Of a stretch of 64,000 nucleotides of DNA, positions 43,828 to 56,600 are shown one piece after another. The stretch spans positions 8,981,483 through 9,045,482 of the forward strand of contig CM082582.2 of assembly GCA_040954595.2 (NCBI GenBank), given 5' to 3'. Numbering within the stretch: position 1 is the first letter of the stretch; each line of letters begins with the position of its first letter. Source of the stretch: Balanoglossus misakiensis (taxonomy: Eukaryota; Animalia; Hemichordata). The notes beneath the pieces were generated by a model, which searched no databases, had not been told where the DNA came from, and saw nothing but the letters and a program-made list of their open reading frames with translations. The position numbers were made by a program, and so were the translations under genes.

Positions 43828-44295
43828 TTTTGCAATATGCTTCAGGACTGGCAATTTTCTTTCGGCCTTTCGTATCTGGTCATTATGCCTTTGTGAACAT
43901 CAAAAAGTCGAAGATTTCTTTTAAATTGCTAGCTGGTACTGTAACCAGAAAAAAAAAACGCGATGGAACATTTTCAAAATAAGATAATTTTTTTGCATAT
44001 TGGATTGTTGTAATATGCTTTAGGACTAGTCATTTTCTTCAGCCTTGGGTATCCCTCAATTTGCTTCAAAAAGACGAACATTTCTTTTAAATTACTGGTA
44101 TAGTAGTCAGAAGCAAAAACTGACGGAATACTAGTACTTGATGTTGGGTTGTTGTAATATGCCTCCCATTTTCTTCACGGCTTGCTTGTCTGTCTCTGGC
44201 CAAGTTCCCTTTGTTCACATTACGGTTTATTTTGGATTGCTGGTACAGTAATCAGAAAGAATACAAGCGATAGAACATTTTCAAAATAAGAGATA
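43828..44295. repeat. Degenerate tandem repeat, about three units of roughly 145-180 bp, upstream of the GPCR
   Basis: Recurring blocks ttg(c/t)aatatgc..cattttctt and gctggtac(t/a)gtaa(c/t)cagaaa...gaacattttcaaaataaga near 43830/43930, 44008/44092 and 44152/44238. Confidence 0.65.
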
Positions 44296-44715
44296 AAGTT
44301 ATTATATAACGTTATAAAATGGAAACCATCTCACGGATCAAATGAAAAACGGTAACAAATAAAGCAGCCACACAATGCATGATTCTCTCGGACGAACGAC
44401 CTCGACAGCGGGTACATGTCAACTGCATAGCATTTGGACGGTAACAAGGCGTTACCACGACTACGGTATTACTGTTTATTATTTCTTTTTGCATATTGCA
44501 CTTTCTCCTTGCGATATATCAATTTGTGAAGATGATTGGACGAAACTAAATTACTCGCCCCCCAAAAGATATATTATCATACATAATTTCGGCAACATAT
44601 TACAATTATTATTGTCTGAAAGATTGTAGTACTTTGCTTCTTGATATTCTGATAAAGTTGATCTCACAGTCGCGCCGACAGAAGCAGACAGCGGTAAGTC
44701 CACTGTGCATTTAAT

Positions 44716-45714
44716 ATGGCAGAGAAGATGCTCAATCACTCGCTTGGTTCAAATTGCTGTAATATTACAGACGCGGGAATTTCTACTTCTGATTTGATAA
44801 CTATAGTTTACCGGATAGCTTTAGCTTTCGTCATCGTCACAAGCAACTCTTTCGTGGCTGTTTGTATTTTGAGTTTCCGCAAACTACGACAAAACAGCGA
44901 CTACCTGCTCGTGCTGTCTCTGACCACATCGGACATTCTAATTGGACTGGTCTACATCCCGTTAGAAACTACTGGATTGGTGGGCGCGTGGACACCTTCC
45001 CCGGCGATGTGCGCTACCCTCAGGGGCAGCCATGTACTCCTACAGACTGCAAGTCTTTTCAACGTCATGCTGATCACCCTGAATAAGTACGTCAAGATAT
45101 TTTACCCGTTCCGGTACCAGTCTACGGTGACGGTGAAGACTGTATACGTGGCTCTAGCCGCCGCCTGGATTTTGGCAACCTTCTGGGGATCGGTTGCTGT
45201 GAAAATCTGGGCAACGGAAGGCGACGCCGATAAGGACGCCCTTTGCACAGATCAGAAGCTCACACAAGGATTGGTCGCATTTTACATGGTCACAAGTTTT
45301 ATTCTGCCTGGCGCTCTGCTCGTCTTTTGCAACGTCCGCATAAGTCTCTTACTGCGGGACCAGCTCAGGCGCATAGCCTCTCTCCATGCCCCCAGAGACG
45401 GATTACCATTCTCCGCAAGAGCCAACCTGCCGCATTTCACCAAACAGGAACTGAAGGCAGTACGACTGGTTTTGTCAATAGTTTTCACGTTTTTCTTGTT
45501 TTGGAGTCCGATTCGCATCATGTTCCTCATAAACAATTGGTGCAACACGTGCGGAAATCTGCAGGAGTACATCAGAATCGTGCATATCTCCAGCACGCTG
45601 GCCAGCCTGAACTCGGTCATCAATCCGACATTGTACTCGTTTGACAAACCGCTTAGGGATGCAGGCAAATCGTTATTGAAAAGAGAAAACCCCAATTTAA
45701 TTTTGAACATATAA
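44716..45714 (+). CDS. Orphan rhodopsin-class (class A) GPCR, amine/adenosine-receptor-like, intronless, 332 aa
   Basis: One 999-nt ORF with seven hydrophobic segments: TM1 SN, TM2 SLTTSD, TM3 Cys to ITLNKY, ICL2 YPFRY, TM4 W, TM5 FILP, TM6 ELKAV...FFLFWSP, TM7 NSVINPTLY; N-terminal NxS/T sequons. Confidence 0.92.
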   Translation: MAEKMLNHSLGSNCCNITDAGISTSDLITIVYRIALAFVIVTSNSFVAVCILSFRKLRQNSDYLLVLSLTTSDILIGLVYIPLETTGLVGAWTPSPAMCATLRGSHVLLQTASLFNVMLITLNKYVKIFYPFRYQSTVTVKTVYVALAAAWILATFWGSVAVKIWATEGDADKDALCTDQKLTQGLVAFYMVTSFILPGALLVFCNVRISLLLRDQLRRIASLHAPRDGLPFSARANLPHFTKQELKAVRLVLSIVFTFFLFWSPIRIMFLINNWCNTCGNLQEYIRIVHISSTLASLNSVINPTLYSFDKPLRDAGKSLLKRENPNLILNI

Positions 45715-48700
45715 CCAGTGGATAGTCTTATAAGTAGAGCCTATGTAATGCCACATGTATACGTTTTAGTCACATTTCTCCCCAAAAAGCGTTGGGGACG
45801 ACACCCATCCCCACCCCAGCGTGCAGTATTCACTTTCATAACGCTAGCTGAACTTTTATTTGATGTGGTAAAGTTTTACTCGAAACCGCTGGAAATAGAT
45901 TTTACGCACAAAACCATGTGCAATATATTATATGAATGAAAAATATAACTTCGAAATACGATGTCACACTCACCTGCGGCTCTTGAGATACATAATATCC
46001 TCAACTCACGTGAGAGAAATCTAATGCCGTGTCCTTAGGGTGTGAGCATCTATTCTATGTCATTTTAAAATGCAAATACGCGAAAATTTCTCCCGACTTT
46101 CATGTTAGTGATCAAAAGATTCAAGTTCTGGTAGACATGCGACTCGGAAAATTAAAGGCAACAATGAGTTATTCTATTGTTAAATCGAGGCTAAAATTGA
46201 GGGTCACCGCACAAACTTTCGAAGAAATTAGCCCTATGGAGAAAGTTGACGAATGGCGTGTTTTTCCATCTCCCTTTTTTTCTCAAAACGACTCCTCACT
46301 CACTTTATAGAAAAGAAGTAAAAGGTTCGGAGGAGTATCACACTGAAAATCTGTCCTTCTCTGTGTGAAATATCATGGGTGAATATGTTAGACAACAGAG
46401 ACAAACGGAGTACTGAGCCAAGTTATGCTAAGACCTTTTTGCAACGTGACCAAATCCTGGTTCCTATAATAGGTACCGTTTCTAGGCCCGACAGAGTGCG
46501 CGGATTTTGTATCTTACAAGCAGTTGAAGGTAAAAACCGCTTTAATTTTTACTGGTCTGTCCGAAGTGTATGGACCCAAGTAAGAGCAAAATATATGTTC
46601 ACTTACCCACATGTACACCTGTCATGTACAAGTAACTTCTTTAATCCCAAAATAGCTAAGAAAGCTAAGTAAATGCTTGCCAATTTCTTCTGGCAACAAA
46701 ACGCTGTCGAGAGAGACTTTGTTGTCAAATAGTTCCTTATGCATCCAGGCGTAGATCTGTCTTGAAGAAGGACATTATCAAAGTTATACTTTCATTGGCT
46801 AGTTCACGTTAAAATTGTAAATTCATCATTGACTTCTTCGTCGCGAAATAAAGAAGGGTTGAGCTACTGTCCAATAGTTAATAGGCGGTTTAGTGTTCCT
46901 TGTTACATATACACGATATGTAAATTGGTCATTTTATCATTCTACTTTTAATTAAATGTTTTTTCCTTCTTCTTAACTTGTATTGCCTTGTTTGTGAGTG
47001 CTGTCGCTGAGTCCTATGGACCAAATAAAAATTATAAGAATAAACAGTGATAAATAATTCTATGCTGTATGTTCGTGGATGAGAGAGAGTAGTCGACGCC
47101 AGTTGTGAATCTTTATTGATCGCGTTTGAACGGGCGATGCAACATGATGTTAACTTTTCTGTTGCGATACTTCACCAATAATTATCCATAAATGCCAACT
47201 ATTGAGTCGGTTCTCGTAGTTATATTCAGCTCCTTCGCATGGCCGGCCAAACCCACCTATGGGTCCAGGTGTTGTTACTGCGTCTAATCCCCCACTGTTG
47301 CATCACAACAAGTGCTCAGGAAATTGTCGATGGCTTTGTGAAATTGACGGCATCATTTGGCAGTTTCAACTCCAAAGGATATACTGAACGGGGTCGCTTG
47401 TTTACGGACATTTCAAGACCCTTCCCTGAGCAATGGTATAAAAATAAAATGAAGTTGAATCTTGCAAAAACAAGTATATTGTCTTGACATGAAAGCCACA
47501 AATTTCCTTTGGTGCGTCAAGTCTATGTTAATGACACGGGAAGGAAAGGGAGTGTATGGCCTTCCACTATCTACTGGAGTTTCCACCCCCTTCCGATCGA
47601 TATCTATCACATCACCTTATCACTTTCACATTTAACATTGCCATCAGGATGAAAACCAATACAGTCTTCTCTCTCAGTGTCTCCTTCTCTGTGTTTGTGC
47701 CTTTTCCTGTTTATCCTACTGTTACCTGGGGCGTTTCTGAGAACGGAGGTGGGAAACAGAAGGCTGGAGAGTAGGTTTAATGATTCGGTCACCAACAGGA
47801 AAAAATAACCAATTCTAAACGCAGATGTTTTACTGCACACATTTTTTTTTTGTAATTGGCAAGACCTTCCCTTTGTGATATGGGGACTGTGACGTCATCC
47901 TCGTGATTGTGGAAGTGCCATCTAGTCGCGAGCAATTTTGATCTACAAACATTATTGGCTATCCAGTTGAATATTCGGTTCATCTCTGCCAAGTGTAACT
48001 TCATCCACTGCATTTGCATTCAGCATAAATAGTCTCTACTGTCTGTGCGTTAAGTAACCTCCTTACACAGTAACTACGGACAGATTCTTGTCAATCTTCT
48101 TCATACACCCAATCGGGTCTTTATCCTGCCCAGCAGCCAATCAGATTACGCTCCGCTATACTATCCACATTCTATTTTAGACAACTACGAAGGCCAGCAG
48201 TATCAAATGAGCAAACACACGTACACAGGATTAAAACCCAACGTACTGCTTCGATTGATTCACGGAGGAAGGATTGATGTCAAATGCGTTACTGGGTAAT
48301 CTTTCTTATTAGTGGATTAATGTACAGTCTTGTAGTTTTTATCAGTTTCCTAACTACGGTCAGTTACACAGCACTTGTGACAAGAGGATGAGATCAATTT
48401 GTCGGTATATCTACACCTGTGACTCTTTCACAGGCAATACGTTATCCCTTTGCAAGGCCAATAGCAGTGTAGCCACCAATAATAATTTCCCGTCTCTAAC
48501 AGAGAACAAAAAATAGGCAGGAAAAAAACTAGTAAGTCAGCCACACAATGACAGAAACAAGACATATTTTGCTATATAAAATAAGCGAAATAATAGTATG
48601 ATTTCCCTTATTTTATACTGTCTCCACGCAAAGACTTCATGACCTTCAACACAAAAAAATGAATTATGACACAAGACTTTGGTTGTTTCACTTGGTGGCT

Positions 48701-50642
48701 ATTTGAAGCTATTTAATGAGTAATGTGTATAGATAGTGATACTCTGAATTGTTTCGCATAATTTTCCTCCGTGAGTTGAACCAAAACAAACAGGTTGGTC
48801 TGAACAGCAAAACAGAAAAGATTCACCACCTGTTTACAGTCTCTGAGAAAGTCTAAATGATATACAATATACAAATATAACAAAACCTGCTATATAAAAC
48901 ATACAAACAATATAAACAAGACTGTTTTAAAAAGTGGCAGCACAAAGTAACACCCTTATGGCAACAAATCCAATTAGAAAAAAAAAATCAGCAACCACAC
49001 GCAAAATTACAAAATTGAATGTTAAAGTGGCTTGTGCATGTTCATAACTATAACATCATAAACATTCACTTGATCATGTCAACGGATTTTGGCCACATAC
49101 ATCATCCTCTCACCCCTGCATCACTCCTAAATAGTTTGGCCCAACAACAGTACATACAATAGACTGATTCGAACCATACCATCTCGAGCGGGGGAGGGTG
49201 GAATTTACCCCTCAGACCAATCTCTGGTGTAAAGTCTGCAATAACATAACATATAAATACAAACACTTTTAAATGTAATACGCTTCCAAAATTGAGTCCA
49301 AATATTTATATACATCAGAAAAGAAATAAACTGTAAATTCACACAGGTGCAACACGAACATTATCTTCATGATTTCTTGAAGGGTTTTCCTGTGAACACC
49401 ATGTAACAAAGAGCACCATAGTTACATAATTATATTTACAAAATGAGTGGCAATATCGGAATAGAACTATACAATAAGTCCCAAACAAATGAACAGTTGT
49501 GACTGCATGTGTGTGCAGGAAATTATTACACTTTCAATTGTCATTCAACATGAAATATCTGCAACGGCAAATCATTATTTCCATTTACATAGCAGTGCTG
49601 CCTATACGCACATCCACATGCAAACCACCGATCCTCACAGCAAATCAATTATTTGTGGCAAATTTCATTGGAACTTCATGACAGGTTTCTGGCAATGCTC
49701 CATGTGACTGAACTGGCAAGAAGCAAACATGGTAGATTAGATCACGGAACCATAATGGTGAAACAAAACAGCAATGAAGATCCCTGTTTTCTTGATAGCA
49801 TGCTGACAAAGACACTTCACAAAGAAATCCACATGACAGTCAGATTTCTTGCTAATCGTTACACGTACAAAAATACTCTAATCAGTCTATGATGTGTAAT
49901 ATTGTGAATTTTATACATGAAGTACTGTTTCTATTGTTACTGTTTCTCAAGATTATTGCTAAAGGATAAGTTTTTCTGAAGAATCGGACACGATATTACT
50001 TTATGTACACTCGGTTTTTACTCATCAGCACACATTTCATTTGCTATGATTATTTCCAATTTATATATACAGTCCTGCTGTACCAAAAATATCTTTCCAT
50101 CAGTCACAAAGTAAATCAACTTTCTTTATATAACATGCTCTATTAGTACAGTGATTACAAGCACTGCCTGACCAATTAGTAAGCAGAATGTGTAAGGATA
50201 TGAATATTCATAAATACATGTCATATTGCCTGACCAATGAGAATGCCCAATGTAAATGTATAGTCATAAAGCCTGTCAAAGTAATGTGTGCCATTATCCC
50301 TGATTGGTCAGTAGTATTCAAATTGGTGGGCCACTGACAGGTCGTTCCTCCCATTTACAACACCACGAGTCAATGTGAGTTTTAACACCAATGACACAAT
50401 ATTGAAACGATTTGACATGAGCAGAATTTTGACAGCTCAATCTTTTTCTCAAATCAACACAAGTTATTCTCTTATAAAATCTAAGGAAAGTGCATTAGCG
50501 CTGTTGTGTCTCGGGATCAAACTCTTCTAAATTGCCAATATGAGAAATTCCAACGAGCTGAAGTTCAATTCGTGTAGGCAAAGGAGTTCAATTCACAAAC
50601 AAGAAAATGCACCCTCCAGTTGTACTTGCAATCCTGGCAGCA

Positions 50643-53600
50643 TTATCTTCTAGGCGTGGCATGTTTGTTTGTGCGCAGGACTTGAATCATGAAATTTTTG
50701 CAGTCGGAACACACATCCTTCATAGAGCTGCTTGCACTTCGACCCCAGGTTGACCTTCGACCCATGGTTGGAGAGCAGGAGGGAGTTGCAGGAGCTGACT
50801 CACTGACAGAAAGAAACAAAAAAATAATGGCATTGCAAATTAACAGGATTTGCAAAGGCCTACTGGAACTCAAACTTCGGGCTATTTTTTTAGTTTCATT
50901 TCTGCAATGTTTTTCGTTCTACTCTGATTGACAACCTCCAGTTTCAATGGCAGCTGTGGATAAAATTAGCGCAGGTGACTGTTCCCTTTTAATCTCATTT
51001 ACTGAAGCTGAAATTCTATTTGTGTATTTCTCAAGTGCTACGGAAGACTACAAGGGCATACTGCTTGGTAACCATGTTGTCATATTTAATAACAGATTTG
51101 AACACTACTACTGTTAGATTGGATTGTCTCTTGAATCCGGCCTTGCTCAATTCATCACAAGAGCCCATGTATCTGTCTTCAATTTCGTTTTGACCAGATG
51201 TTCTTTTCCAAATCCTCTGGTCACGAAGCCATTGCTGACGCTTTTGTAAACTATGAAAGATGGCATTTTTCCCATTTAAAAAAATTGAACAATATTTTTC
51301 CTGCCTTTACTAAATGTCTTCACGAATACACATTTTTTGGCTCAGTATAATCTTAAATCAGAAATCTGTTGTCAAGCAGATGTGTAATGATAATAATTGC
51401 CTCAAACTATTTTCAAGACATTGATTGAATCAGGTGTGGGGAAATCTCACCTTCTGAGCACTTCTTCATCAAAGTAAAAATTTGACTCAAAACGTTTGGA
51501 AGGAGAAGTACTTGGCGACAAGGCCTGTACAGGTATGTGTAGAAAATGATCTGATGGGATCTTCAGCCTCCTACAGCATCGTGAGCAAATAATCCTGGAG
51601 AGACAAGAAACAGGGTTGCTGATTGGTTGAGGGAGAGAAATTGTACGGGATCTGGCCAATATGAACCAATGTGGCATATCTGCTCACACCGATTTGAAAC
51701 TACGGACACGTGTACATGATATGCCAGTGTGTCATTTGTTTGAAAACAAACTTACCTTTTGCAAAGTTTACATTTATATTTTCTGTTGAATAAGGCGAAT
51801 CGTTTCTTGCAGTTGAAACAGACCTAGTGGGATAAAAAAGAAATTTAATGTAAATACAAATTTGCTGTGAGAATCAGAGATCCCAGAAAATGCACAATGC
51901 TTTGTCAAGTTTGTGTTTGAGTTTTCAACATATTCAACAAATTCTTTCAAGACACACCCACCTTTTCATTAAGGACCTCCAAATAAACTTTCTTGTTGGT
52001 TTGTAAGTTTTCCAGCTCTGCCTTACAAAGGACACTTCTTATGTGTTTGACTTCATCGATTGTTAGTGACAGATATTCCACTGGATCATCCCAACCATCC
52101 TGTATTACGAAATGAAAAATGTTCAGATTTTAAGTACTATGTTCTTGTCCAGGAAACCCTAATGGTTCATTGGTTTTTGTTGTTTTTTGTATGATAATAT
52201 CTGCAAAGACCAGCCACACTAATGCTTTTCTGGATCGAACATTTTAACAATGATGATACAGCATCTCTGCTTGGCAGACGGAAGTATGCAGCATCTTAGT
52301 GTCGGTGTGTACAACCTTACAAAGATCAGGTCAGCAGCTGTTTCCTGGGTGACATCTGCCCCACCAGTCAGGTTTAGGGTTAGAGTCGCTGTCAATCTCT
52401 GACAGGTAATTGTGACACAGATAACTGTCTCAGAAACAATCAAACCAAACACATGTTAGTAAATGTAAATTGATGGGAAAAGGCAGGCATCTCTACTGAC
52501 ATGAGAAGATTATGTTGCTATGTTAATTGTTCTTTCATTCAAGCAAATGTCAGATGTACGGTACTTGGGCAGATCATGGAGATTTTTGTCAAGCAGCCAG
52601 GCACTGTGAACACAAGTACTGTATTGTTAAATGGCCCAGCTTGGCTTAAATTAGATTTCATGCTTTTTCCTCAGAAAATTTAGACTTTTAATGTAATTAA
52701 CCAATCGGATGGTTCATAACATGCAAATTGCTAATGTGAGTGTTATGAAGGACCAAGACATCTCCACAACTACCATTTTGTCATTGTGACATGCGCCGTT
52801 GTCACAGTCGCAGGCAAACGTTGCATGTTAGCATGCTTGCTTTTTTGCTTGCAACGAAGAAAGTGTAGAATTTTACCGCCATGGGCTGTTTTAAGTAAAC
52901 CTGGTCTTCCGGAAGTGAGTAGAGACACCTGCCGTGATTTGAGCGACACTTGTAATTCACTCTTTGAGGATAGGCTTTTTTACTGACCATGGAAACCTTA
53001 GGGGTCTCACAGATGGAGATGGAGTTCCGCCTCGGGGTACCGACAAGCGGCGCTTGGGCTTGACTCGGCAAACTCTCAAAGTTGGCTGCGTGAAAAAAAG
53101 AACAAAATCAAACCTAGTTAACATGGCTTCCAACATTCAAAAATATTCATAATGTGATGTTCAATCCCCTCATGTACCTGAAGAGGTAGTAAGGCTTACC
53201 TAGGCTGTATTTTCTCTCTGTAGTACTGTACGAACTAGGTTTTGTCTCTGAGATTTCATCAAAAGTGGAAGGATACACGTGATCTTTCGCTATCTCAACA
53301 CTGCTGTCATCATCTTGGTATCCATCTGTCTGATCGTCTTCTGGCTCTGGGTAACTTTCGTCCTGCAAAAAAACAAAAAAACACAAGTGCATTACACAAT
53401 AAGGCAAAGTATCTGCCTTTCATACATGGCACAATAAGTTAAAGTATTGATTATTTCTCATGGACTGGATGTTCATAGTAATTAAAGAGTGCCTTAATTA
53501 AACACTTACAAGTTCATCCCAATCAAGGATATTCAAATCAGCCAGGGTGATTTTCTTTTTGGTGACTGGGGATTTTGCCGGATCATGAGGTTCATCAGTA

Positions 53601-56600
53601 CAGAGCTTGGATTTGTTCTCTGAAAGGGGAGAAAACATATCACAAGCGTTAATGTTGATGAATAATGCATGGTTACACTGTGGATACACAGAAATAAACA
53701 CAGGTCTACATACATAACGTACAACTTCAACACTTCTGAACATACGTGTATATGAGACTGTGGCAGAAATTCAGAAATGCCATTTCACCTTGAACCCGTG
53801 GTGCAGGTTTCAACCGGGGCTCTGATTTGATTTCTGCCAGCATCAACTCCCTGTGCGTCTTCCTTGGTGGTGTCAGAGGTGCCAAGTTCCTTTCACTGAC
53901 CTGAGGTACAGAGGCAATGAGAAGAGAAGGCTTGTAATCTGCAACATATCACGAGGTACACCATTTCCATAAGTCTAACGCCCTCACACAGCCATCATGA
54001 ATTTTAACTCAATGTGAGGCCAATGGGGCAAAGTTGACCAATCACATCAAGTGTGTTGCCCCATTGGTCATGCTTTGAGGAAACATACCGGTTTCAGCGG
54101 TGGTCTTGATCGTATGAATTCCAAAATCACATCATGAGCTTCTTTTTTCACCCTGGGTGGTATGTCACCGTTGACCTGAAAACATACAAAATAGAGACAC
54201 ATCAGTTAAGGATACACTCTTATAGTTGCCCGAAAAGTGTAAACCACTTCAGCTATGCATGACAAAGTATAAAGTGTTCAGAAAACATAATACATGAAGA
54301 GGCAGTGTTACCAATCTGAAAATGTCGGGTTCATGCATCTGCTGTAAACGTGTGTGAAGAATGGGATTAACTGACAAGAGACAACCTTTCCTTACCATGA
54401 CTTGTTTGAGTAAATATCGTCTTGATCGAATATCATCCAAGAGCATTTCATACGGAGTCAGTTCAAATTCAATGGGCGCCCTCTTTGATGCGTCTACTTT
54501 CTTCAACTGAACTTCTTTGCGAAGATCTTTGATGACCTGCATCCACAAACGAGCCTATTTGGGGAGAAAATGTATTATTATTGGTGATGTTGGTCCCAAG
54601 GACCGGCACCAGAAAATTTGTAGTGGTCCAGTATCCTGTGGATTTTGTCAGCACTGAGGTTGTATGGTTGCATCCATCTGAGAACACTTTTTTAAAATAT
54701 CCATCACTTCATTCTTCTTGGAATGATTTCTCGTCATTTATGTACAAAGAAAATCCAGTTTGGAAAGCCACTTACCCATTCTTGAATTCCAAGCTCGCGG
54801 AGGTCCACCTCTGTGACTTCGAAGCATCCTCCCCGGCCATCTATCTTGTCAGTTGCCAACCTCTGTAAATTCTGATGAGGCAATGGAGATTAACATAAAC
54901 TGTAAGATCTTGGACAAGCAAAGGATCATTTTCCCCCCGAACTATCAAAGACTGGAATAATTTACCCTCAGACATTGTGACAGCAGAAACACTTGACTTT
55001 TTCCAAGCCAAAGTGGCAACTGTCTTTTAATGAACCACTTGATGTATCTAACTACCTCATATCAGTAATTCAGCTGTGCAAAACTAACAAAATCTTCAAC
55101 CTTGCTCACCTTACTCCCGCTTGTTATTTTTCCCAGAAACGTCGTGAGTTCTTGAACTTCAGCGACCAACGCTCGCACCACGGCCTGGTAGTGACTGGCA
55201 GCTTGTGAAGGATGGGGCAAATGTGAAGCACAGACCTAAAAAGTCCAAACAGATATTGAAAAATTAAGTTTATTTTTGTGCAGAACTTCTACAGCAAATT
55301 GAAGTCTACTGCCCTCACAGTGAAATTAGTACATTCTTTCGTTTGACAAGAACTGGGGTTACACCAGTTCGGTATGAATCATCAACACGTGATACACGGT
55401 TGCAAATTAATTTTGTCCTAAAGTACATGTAAATGAAGTCCATCTATATAATTGATGGACACAAGCAATAAAGTGTGTTGTTTTTTATACTGTCAGGAGA
55501 GTTTCCCTCAACATCACAGTGGTTGAGTGAAAGTTTACATGTTGACCAGAATCACATTTACACCAGCTTCAGTTTTTCTGTTCTGTGACCCTGGGGTTAT
55601 GCACACGTACACAGCCAGCCCTGTGAACATTTCTGATGACTCCTTCCCATGCCTGTCTGCACGTACGTCTCTCAGATTTTGTTGCAGTTGTGGGTATGAT
55701 ATGTCAGTACAGAAAAACTGTCAGGGAAATTTCCGACACTAACCCAGAAAACAACATAAATGACACAGGAGTATTGAATATGAAAAGAAATTACAATATA
55801 CATCATTAACAGAACTTGATTACTGTAACAATTAGTGTTAACCAACACGAATCCACCTGAACACAGAATTGAACAGTGAACTGTGACCTACAGAGCCATA
55901 ATTTAGACGGAGAAACATTTCCAGCTTTACACTGCACAGTCAACTCTAATACTCAGTATATATATCGTTCCCTCTGATATTGTACTGAACTAATATTTAG
56001 ATCTAATCGATACCATGGCAACACTTCCAGACCCACTTAAGTATGTCTGTATTCATAAATTCTTCGAAGGGATACCCATTCAGCTGTACAGTGCTTAGCA
56101 ACTGTAATATTATTCACCAAGCTATCAACTGACAATAATCTGGATTTCTCCCAGTATGGCTCAGTAGTCACTTTACTGATTGAACTTTAATTGCTAGAAG
56201 AGTATAGTATTATTATGGGCATGCAGACGTCTGAAGAGAAAATCTGATATGAAAAGTAGAATTATCGTAACAATTTCACATAGAGTGATAGATGAACATA
56301 TTTGCCCAGGTGTGTGTGATTTCATGTTACCGTGGTACATTCAGTACACTTCCAAAAACACGCAACAAGAAAACACTAATCATCATGACTAAAGTCATCA
56401 TGTGAATTCCTTGTTGACTGCAAGTCTCCAACCTCCTTTGGAGAAAGTCTACCCATATTCCAATGTTACACGGTAGCTTTCCTTTTATTCATGCGACTGT
56501 TATGAAACCTCGCTCACGCAAAGACGTCGCCCATCCTTTGTCAAAATTCACGCAGACTCCAACACAATACATGTTTCACTCCAGTTGAATAAGTCAAACC

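Noticed and set aside
47239-47487. 82-aa ORF with a signal-peptide-like start
   Set aside because: No recognisable domain, cleavage pattern or supporting gene structure.
52774-52987. Extension of the Spire exon along ORF 52802-53071
   Set aside because: It runs into a stop; the donor ATG/gtcagt at 52988 gives the correct phase to the Spir-box exon.
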